From NCBI GenBank assembly GCA_029858305.1, contig JAOUFI010000071.1, positions 1 through 11,899 on the forward strand: DNA of 11,899 bases, written 5' to 3'. Below are positions 1-6,472 of this stretch, piece after piece. Origin of the DNA: Candidatus Thorarchaeota archaeon (GTDB lineage Archaea; Asgardarchaeota; Thorarchaeia; Thorarchaeales; Thorarchaeaceae). A model generated the notes under the pieces. The model was not told where the DNA came from. It did not search any database and saw only the letters and a program-made list of their open reading frames with translations. Numbering within the stretch: the first letter of the stretch is position 1; each line of letters starts with the position of its first letter. Made by a program: the position numbers and the translations under genes.

Positions 1-1
1 C

Positions 2-1069
2 CCTCATCAGATGCATTTTCACCCAACCAATCTTGGTAGGCCAGGGAATGTTCACACGACAATGCAACAGCTCGATGCAATCAAGAGTGTCAAACCATCA
101 GGTAAGAAGAAGGAAGTCGTTCATCTGACACATATGGCATTTGATTGTCTTGGAGTAGTTGAAGAGGGAATGGCAAATTGGAAGGATGTTGCGTCTGGCG
201 GATTGATATTTGCAGATTACTATAACAAGAACAAACACTTCACAACTGATCTAGGACAAATCACCTTTGGACAATCAATGACAATGACCGGAGACGGACC
301 GTTTCAGCACTCCCTCTACCTGTTGACTGGCGGAAAAGCAAAATGGTCAAACATCCCAGTTGATGTTGAACTTCCTGGCGGAGCAGGTATTGTACCCTTC
401 ACTTTTGAACCAAAGAGCCCCGCAAACGCGGTTCAGTGGGTCGGATCGCTTGAGTTTGCACTCAGCATAAAGGACCTTTGGAGAATGTTCTTGAGCACAG
501 ACCACCCGAATGGTGGGCCATTTCTGAAATATCCATTATTGATATCGTGGTTGATGAGTAAAAAACAGAGAGATAACTGGTTGGAGATGGTTCACAAGTT
601 TGCCATTGAACGTTCAACCATTGCCAACATAGAAAGAGAGTATTCACTCAACGATATTGCTATTACAACACGAGCGGCACCTGCAAAAATACTCGGTATG
701 GAAAAGACGAAAGGGCATCTTGGTGTTGGTGCTGATGCAGATGTTGCTGTATATGGATTCAATCCTGAAAAAACAGATTTGGCAAAGAATCCCGACTTGA
801 TTCTCAAACACTTCGCCCAGGCGCAGTTCACCTTTAAAGGTGGAGTACAGGTTTCGAAGAATGGGGTTGTTGCCAAGCAGATACACTCAAGAGTGCATAC
901 AACACACCCTAAGCTCAATGAAGCTCTAAGTACAAGAATTGATAGAGAACTTGAAGAAATGATGAGTAAATGGTTCTCGCATTCCTTCAGTAACTATCCT
1001 GTTCCAGCAAGGTACCGAGAGCATCTTGAGATTCCAAGAGTGATCGATTCAACATCAGTACAGGCTTAG
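2..1069 (+). CDS. fwdA: Formylmethanofuran dehydrogenase subunit A (amidohydrolase), 5'-truncated by the window edge
   Basis: Frame is open from base 2 (P-H-Q-M-H-F-H...). FwdA motifs: PHxxHxHxxNLGxPGN, HLTH, DLGQITFG, TMTGDGP, LSTDHPNGGPF, TRAAPAKILG..KGHLGVGADADVAVY. The ATG at 11 is internal. Confidence 0.95.
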   Translation, partial: PHQMHFHPTNLGRPGNVHTTMQQLDAIKSVKPSGKKKEVVHLTHMAFDCLGVVEEGMANWKDVASGGLIFADYYNKNKHFTTDLGQITFGQSMTMTGDGPFQHSLYLLTGGKAKWSNIPVDVELPGGAGIVPFTFEPKSPANAVQWVGSLEFALSIKDLWRMFLSTDHPNGGPFLKYPLLISWLMSKKQRDNWLEMVHKFAIERSTIANIEREYSLNDIAITTRAAPAKILGMEKTKGHLGVGADADVAVYGFNPEKTDLAKNPDLILKHFAQAQFTFKGGVQVSKNGVVAKQIHSRVHTTHPKLNEALSTRIDRELEEMMSKWFSHSFSNYPVPARYREHLEIPRVIDSTSVQA

Positions 1070-1084
1070 CGTGGATAGTCAATA

Positions 1085-1816
1085 ATGTCATTGTTGGGAA
1101 CTTTCACTGGAAGCCGCTCCATAACTTTCACAGCAATCTTTGCGGCTATGATTGCAATCCTAGACTCGATACCAATGATACCAGGATTCTATGGAGGTGT
1201 TTGGGATTCATGGGGTTTCATGCTAAGCCCAATTGTTGGCATATTATTGGGACCTGTTCTTGGAGTAGTTTCAGTCGGGTTAGGAGGTCTCGTCGGGCAT
1301 CTTGTATATTTCAGAGATCCAATTGAATTGTTATTCATGCTGGGAGCACCTGTTGGAGCCGGGGCTGCAGGACTTGTTTTCCAAGAGAGATGGAAGGCTG
1401 CTTGTGTAATATACTCAGCGATGATAATTGGTTATTTCTTGACACCTGTTACATGGTCATTGTCTCTGTTGGGTGTGTGGGACGTTTTGACTGGATTTGC
1501 ACTCATATTTATGATAACTATTGTGACAAGCCTCAACAAAGTCGGAACTAGAATTCTATCTTCTACAAATCTAAAAATGATTTTAGCCACGGTGATAGGT
1601 CTCGAATCGGATATATTAGCAAGAATATTCATCCTTATTCCAGGGCAGATGTATTGGTTCTATTATGCAATGCCTTTGGAAATACTTCAGGGTCTCTGGT
1701 TGGTAGCTGGAGTTATCACACCTATCAAAGTCATGCTAGCAGCGGTTGCAACGATAGCAATTGGTAAGTCACTACTGGACATCTTTCCACAACAATCAAC
1801 AGAATTCGGAAATTAG
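1085..1816 (+). CDS. Integral membrane protein, ECF transporter S-component-like
   Basis: 243 aa with about 6-7 hydrophobic segments. N-terminal AxxxA helix (TAIFAAMIA) and the PIVGILLGPxxGxxxxxxGGxxG pattern typical of S components. Starts 15 bp after the fwdA stop. Confidence 0.7.
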   Translation: MSLLGTFTGSRSITFTAIFAAMIAILDSIPMIPGFYGGVWDSWGFMLSPIVGILLGPVLGVVSVGLGGLVGHLVYFRDPIELLFMLGAPVGAGAAGLVFQERWKAACVIYSAMIIGYFLTPVTWSLSLLGVWDVLTGFALIFMITIVTSLNKVGTRILSSTNLKMILATVIGLESDILARIFILIPGQMYWFYYAMPLEILQGLWLVAGVITPIKVMLAAVATIAIGKSLLDIFPQQSTEFGN

Positions 1817-1837
1817 TTGGTATGCATTATGCTTTAT

Positions 1838-1874
1838 AAAAAATAAGTGAAAGAGAGGCTTATTGCCTCCCTCT
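1838..1874 (-). terminator. Hairpin plus U-tract terminator of the Gfo/Idh/MocA gene
   Basis: Minus strand reads AGAGGGAGGC-AATAA-GCCTCTCTTT (10 bp stem, 2 G:U pairs) then CACTTATTTTTT, starting 8 nt after the stop, in a convergent intergenic gap. Confidence 0.6.
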
Positions 1875-1882
1875 AGTAGATA

Positions 1883-2941
1883 CTACATAGGATCTGAAAC
1901 GATCTTGTTAGCCCACTTCTGTGCAGCTACAGCAGCTTCAAAGCCATATTCAGGTTTCTCATTACCCAGACAAGCCTGAACAAAATGAGCAATCATCTGC
2001 TTATGGCCCCATACTTCTGGACCTGGTCCAGGTACCTGCCAATTCTGGTCATCACCGTTCTTGCCAAATAGGGTCACATCAAAGACTTCTCGATTCTTAC
2101 TGGGAATCCAATCAACAAGAATGGTCTTGCCATTGTTTCCAAAGATCTCGAATCGACTCAAATCTAGACCTTTTGCAACAGATGAACCAAGCATCATTGT
2201 TCCAACTACACCGTTTCCGAATTTCACTATTCCCACAGTCTGGTATCCTTTGAAATCTTTGATTCCTTCTATTGGACTATAGTTTGGAGTCCACTTAGCA
2301 TTCGTGATGGGACTGCCAAAGAACCACTGAAGCATATCAAGGCTCCAGACGGATAATGTGTAGTCGGGATAGCCACCTGCTTTTTCAATATCCCAAGCCC
2401 AACCACTTAATGGCCACTGATCTGCAAGATCTTCACCAGCAATAAACTCTCTAAATGTGATTGCCATTGGTTTTCCTATCGCTCCAGAATCAACAAGTTC
2501 CTTTGCTTTCAAATAGCCAGGACAGTGCCTGAAGTTTAGGATAGGCATTAGGACCACACCCTTCTTCTTGGCTATTGCTCCAAGCTCTTCAGCATCTTTG
2601 AGCTTTGGTGCTATTGGCATTTCCAAGTAAACATGCTTTCCAGCCTCAAGTGCTTGTTTGCCCAGAGGATAGTGGAATGGTGTAGGTACTGCAACGCACA
2701 CAGCATCGACTTCAGGATCTTTGCAAACATCACCCCAATCATAGTAGATTTTGAGATCGAAGTTGTCTTTGGTCGCCATTTTTTCCTTTAGTTTCAGAGC
2801 ATACGCTTCGCTTTCCCTACCCTTCCTGGCCAGAAGACCATAGAGTTGAGAGTTGGGAACCTTACGGAAAGATGGAACGTGAGCTGCGCCGCCAACAAAT
2901 CCTACTCCAGCACAGACCGTCTTCAAAACTTTTTTAGTCAT
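1883..2941 (-). CDS. Gfo/Idh/MocA family NAD(P)-dependent oxidoreductase with atypical active site
   Basis: GVGFVG Rossmann motif, DAVxVAVPTPFH, ALEAGKHVYLE(M)P, NFR, GAIGKP, WxWDxxKAGG. GAGGCGAGG RBS-like sequence upstream. Confidence 0.92.
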   Translation of the reverse strand: MTKKVLKTVCAGVGFVGGAAHVPSFRKVPNSQLYGLLARKGRESEAYALKLKEKMATKDNFDLKIYYDWGDVCKDPEVDAVCVAVPTPFHYPLGKQALEAGKHVYLEMPIAPKLKDAEELGAIAKKKGVVLMPILNFRHCPGYLKAKELVDSGAIGKPMAITFREFIAGEDLADQWPLSGWAWDIEKAGGYPDYTLSVWSLDMLQWFFGSPITNAKWTPNYSPIEGIKDFKGYQTVGIVKFGNGVVGTMMLGSSVAKGLDLSRFEIFGNNGKTILVDWIPSKNREVFDVTLFGKNGDDQNWQVPGPGPEVWGHKQMIAHFVQACLGNEKPEYGFEAAVAAQKWANKIVSDPM

Positions 2942-3104
2942 TTTGTTCCTCGCCTCTATTAATTTCCATGTTCAGCAGAATGATGTGCCTGAAGTATGAC
3001 TTAAAGACACATAGCTCTGGTGAATTCTATCCTTTTTTCTTAACAACATTTGCCTTAAAAGCACTAGGATGAATTTTGAATGTCATTTAGCTTCAGGTTT
3101 CGAT

Positions 3105-3141
3105 TTGAAACAAACAATCAATGGAAATGTGTATTTTCCAT
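3105..3141 (-). terminator. Possible terminator of the DUF166-DUF3786 unit
   Basis: Inverted repeat ATGGAAA (3121-3127) / TTTCCAT (3135-3141) 4 nt past the stop, followed on the minus strand by T-rich TGATTGTTTGTTTC. Confidence 0.35.
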
Positions 3142-3145
3142 CCTA

Positions 3146-3790
3146 TTAGATAGCCTTCATAACTCTCGAGGCAAGGAACCAGCTGATATCTCCTAATTGT
3201 TCGTGAGGTAGATAGAATATTGAGTTTCTGTCATAGAGAAGTCTTACACTTGCAGAAAACTCCTCATCTGCATCTTCGAAAACAAGTAGAATTTTAATCA
3301 TTGGCAGAAACGAAATTTCAAAGCCGGCATCGCCACGATCAACTTTCTGGGCGCCAAGTCGTTCAAGTGCGCCAAAGAGATTTTCCTTCTTCTCCGTATA
3401 CACAGAAGTAAGACTACCTAATTTCTCCTCGCTGAATGAGTATCTGCATGCCCATGACCCCCTTAGCGTATTGAACTTGACCCATTCGTGTGCAATACCT
3501 TTGTCGAGTGCTCTGCTATAGTAGTAGAGATGCGGTATGATTTGACTGGTGTTCGATTTCTTACCTGTTAGAGTATCTTGAGTTTCGCCAGTTTCGAGGT
3601 TGACTTGCAGTCCCAAGATGGTAACATACTTGTCACCAACACCAAATCGATTTCGGAGTGTGCGGATGTCATTGCCAAAGTTCTCCCAACTCCACATTGC
3701 TGAGCTAGTGTCGAATTGCTCTACATGGAATCTTGCTGCGAGTTCTCGAGAGATACTTGACCAGTACTCAAAAATGTCATCGGGCATCAT
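3146..3790 (-). CDS. DUF3786 family protein
   Basis: Motifs WVKFxxLxG, GDAGFEISFLP.I.I.LVFEDADEEFSASVRLLYD, L..E. Start reassigned from 3853 to ATG 3790 (or 3787), which removes the overlap with the upstream gene. Confidence 0.8.
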   Translation of the reverse strand: MMPDDIFEYWSSISRELAARFHVEQFDTSSAMWSWENFGNDIRTLRNRFGVGDKYVTILGLQVNLETGETQDTLTGKKSNTSQIIPHLYYYSRALDKGIAHEWVKFNTLRGSWACRYSFSEEKLGSLTSVYTEKKENLFGALERLGAQKVDRGDAGFEISFLPMIKILLVFEDADEEFSASVRLLYDRNSIFYLPHEQLGDISWFLASRVMKAI

Positions 3791-3821
3791 ACATCTCTCT
3801 GACGAGATACATTGCTGCCTT

Positions 3822-4604
3822 TCAATTTTTCTCAACGATTGAACGACAGTCATCGATGCCTACTGCTTCACATACAGCATATCTCGCATTGTAACCAGCA
3901 ACATGAAGAAGAGCGTCTCCCACTTCTCTGTCTTTTGCCATTGATGCAGTGCATGGATAGGAATGGTGTGCTTTTGCTATAGTGTCAAATAGCTCATCAG
4001 TGTTCTTGATAGACTTACCACGCACCTTTTGACTGACATACCATGAACATCCGCAGGGTGCAGAACGTAAAGGACCAATCTCTGAGATGATATCATCCTT
4101 CATGTCTGCATAGTGGATAGGACGTCCTATCCGATACTTTTTCATGAATTCGTCGATGAGCGCTCCAGAGCCTGGTTCCAATGTACAGAAGGGTTTGGGG
4201 AATGCAGATTCAATGCCCATGTTGTCTAAGGTTTCCTTCACTTGTGCTCTCAAACCAGGCGGAACCCAAGTCGGATCTTCTATGGGAACAATAACAGCCT
4301 TTGCACTTGTGGATTCTATCAAAAGGTCAACAGAGGCTAAAAGATCATGATGTATTGCGACAATAAGAAGGAGGTCACATTCAGTGAGATTCAGACCATC
4401 GATGTAGTTCTTTGGTTCTTCAATCATTGTAGGAGAAGGCGGGTCTACAGGATAGATGCCAACGATGTCACCAACGTGTGATCCATATGCAGATCTACAT
4501 TCAGAACATGTCGGTTCGCAACCTTCGCAGAATGTTTTGAAGTTGATGAGATTACCAATGACTCGCTCGGCAAATACGTCCCCATAGACTGTTCCGATTC
4601 TCAA
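3822..4604 (-). CDS. DUF166 family protein with a Cys-rich insert
   Basis: ERxIxNL, IHHDL, PKPFCTL, LRSAPCGxSWYV, HHSYPCTASMxxD, LHxAG. Likely TTG start at 4604 because the GTG at 4613 lies inside an AGGTGAT RBS. Confidence 0.8.
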   Translation of the reverse strand: MRIGTVYGDVFAERVIGNLINFKTFCEGCEPTCSECRSAYGSHVGDIVGIYPVDPPSPTMIEEPKNYIDGLNLTECDLLLIVAIHHDLLASVDLLIESTSAKAVIVPIEDPTWVPPGLRAQVKETLDNMGIESAFPKPFCTLEPGSGALIDEFMKKYRIGRPIHYADMKDDIISEIGPLRSAPCGCSWYVSQKVRGKSIKNTDELFDTIAKAHHSYPCTASMAKDREVGDALLHVAGYNARYAVCEAVGIDDCRSIVEKN

Positions 4605-4758
4605 AAATATCACCTATAGAATATTGTGAGGTTTCTGTTAGGCTAAAAAAGGATGATGATTGCGGCTCAGTGTACAAATTTGCGACATCAGAAACATAAT
4701 ATGCCGCACCTATCATGCTGATTCTCTCAGGAAGATCAAATTCAGGAGACCTAATGAT

Positions 4759-5154
4759 ATGGCATTGGGAGATTTCCTATTCCCTCAAGTGGAGCTTCAA
4801 TTAGTTATTGTCAGATCGTTCAAAACTGATATTGAGTCAGCAAGAGGTATACCCTCAGAGAAGTATTCTACCGAAACAGCATCAGTACGTCTTAACAATA
4901 ACGACATGCGAAGGTTGAGCCTAAAGGAGGGAAGTGCTATCAGTTTGAAGTCTGATAGCGGAACAGTAATTGTTAGAGCTGAAATCGATGATAAAGTTCC
5001 TGAAGGAAGTGCAGTCATGCCACACGGTCCATGGGCACTTGCTCTAGTTGCAGTTCCAGCCAATAATTCACCGCCTGCATTTAGTGGAATTGCAATCATT
5101 GCTACACGAAGTAAAGAAGATATCACTTCTCTCGAGACTTTGTTTGGTCCTTGA
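4759..5154 (+). CDS. fwdD: FwdD-like protein (molybdopterin dinucleotide-binding fold), degenerate
   Basis: 131 aa from ATG 4759 with AGGAG at 4744-4748. Pattern LNxxDMxRLxLxEGxxIxLxSxxGxVxVxA...PEGxxxMPxGPWA...PxFxG matches FwdD. Confidence 0.82.
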   Translation: MALGDFLFPQVELQLVIVRSFKTDIESARGIPSEKYSTETASVRLNNNDMRRLSLKEGSAISLKSDSGTVIVRAEIDDKVPEGSAVMPHGPWALALVAVPANNSPPAFSGIAIIATRSKEDITSLETLFGP

Positions 5155-6472
5155 GTTTCCCGATGATCTTATCGACACGGCCTCGTTCAAGTTGAAGGTT
5201 GAGATGGGGATCCTCATCAAGCATAGTTCTGAGATTCTTTGCGACTGCCATTGCTCTGGCACGGTCACCATCAATAGATTTCCAAGCACTGTGTTCTCTA
5301 ACCTTTCCAGGTTTAATCTCTTCAGCCTTAAGTATAATATTCCTCTCAAAGAATCCACTGGGCGGATGCTCTTTTCCAACTACCTCATCAAAGAACAACA
5401 TTCGGCCACGTTCCCATTCACGGGCTTCTTCGAGTTTTTCGACATTATATCCCTCTCGCTCTACTTCGAGAACATCATACGGACAAGAATTGGCACAAGC
5501 ACCACAGTAGACACAATGGTCAAGTACAGCAATCTTATCCGATTTTCCTGTTGGATATATTGCCTTTACTGCGCATATATTGAAGCAATTGTGGCAACCA
5601 ATAGGATCACACTTATCGAGTTTTATAATATTAACAGCTCCAGAGAAAGGCTTTGAAACCTCAATTGCATCATAGGGACACACCTCGCCGCAGAGTCCGC
5701 ATTTAACACAAGCAAGATCGTTTTGTTTGAGCTTTCCTGTAATCTTTGGCTCTTTGATAATCCGGGCGCTTGCTTCTGTACATTTGACTTCTATGGCTTC
5801 GTCCGGACATATCTTCTCGCAGAGCTTGCAGTAGTCACATTCCTTTTCATTTAGTCTGATTGCTGTTGCAGGCTTGAATTCGGGAGGCTCTGCAGAATCC
5901 GACCAGTATATCCTAATTACTTCAGGACAAAGCAATTCGCAGAGACCGCAGTATGAACATTTGTCTTCATCCACCTTAATGCTGCCCTCTGCATGGACCT
6001 CTTTCATATAGGTGACTAGGTCTTTCTTTTTCTCAACGTCCACCTGAACCTCAAGAGCGCCAGTCGGACACACTTTAGCACAAAGAAGGCAAGGAGCACA
6101 TTTATCGTAATCAATCTCATGCGTTCCTGATACACGGTTGAAATGATTTACAGCCCCATCGCCTTCATACTTAGTAGTGAAAGCCCTGAAAATACAAGCT
6201 GAATCACATAGTCCACAAAAGGTGCAAATTTCAGGATCAATATTGATGAGTGGAGCTCCTTCAATTCTACCTGCAGCAGCTTCAGGAACAGGTCCAATCG
6301 TTATGGCATCCCAAGGACAGTAAAGACAAAGACTGCAACCGACACATTTGTCAATTGAGTAATCAAGGACTTTAGTAAGAAGGGAAGTTTTCCAAACAAA
6401 TTTGAGGGTACCATCGATAAGTTCCATCGTGATGGTTGGTTTTTCCCCAACTGTGATTCCTGTCTTACTCAT
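5123..6472 (-). CDS. fwdF: Polyferredoxin with 8 [4Fe-4S] motifs, FwdF/FmdF-like
   Basis: Eight ferredoxin motifs (CVGCSLC, CTFCGLC, CAPCLLC, CSYCGLC, CDYCKLC, CVKCGLC, CDPIGCHNC, CVYCGAC), a KPFxG linker and fwd gene context. ATGA overlap with the hdrA stop and a GGAGG RBS. Confidence 0.85.
   Translation of the reverse strand: MSKTGITVGEKPTITMELIDGTLKFVWKTSLLTKVLDYSIDKCVGCSLCLYCPWDAITIGPVPEAAAGRIEGAPLINIDPEICTFCGLCDSACIFRAFTTKYEGDGAVNHFNRVSGTHEIDYDKCAPCLLCAKVCPTGALEVQVDVEKKKDLVTYMKEVHAEGSIKVDEDKCSYCGLCELLCPEVIRIYWSDSAEPPEFKPATAIRLNEKECDYCKLCEKICPDEAIEVKCTEASARIIKEPKITGKLKQNDLACVKCGLCGEVCPYDAIEVSKPFSGAVNIIKLDKCDPIGCHNCFNICAVKAIYPTGKSDKIAVLDHCVYCGACANSCPYDVLEVEREGYNVEKLEEAREWERGRMLFFDEVVGKEHPPSGFFERNIILKAEEIKPGKVREHSAWKSIDGDRARAMAVAKNLRTMLDEDPHLNLQLERGRVDKIIGKLKDQTKSREK

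Noticed and set aside
4660-4758. N-terminal 33 codons of the fwdD ORF, and likewise the 3791-3853 extension of DUF3786
   Set aside because: Better starts lie downstream (ATG 4759 with an RBS, ATG 3790 without overlap), and the extensions show no family similarity.
5123-6472. Recurrent Cys-codon patterns as a DNA repeat or CRISPR-like array
   Set aside because: These are protein-level ferredoxin repeats, with no identical nucleotide repeats or spacers.
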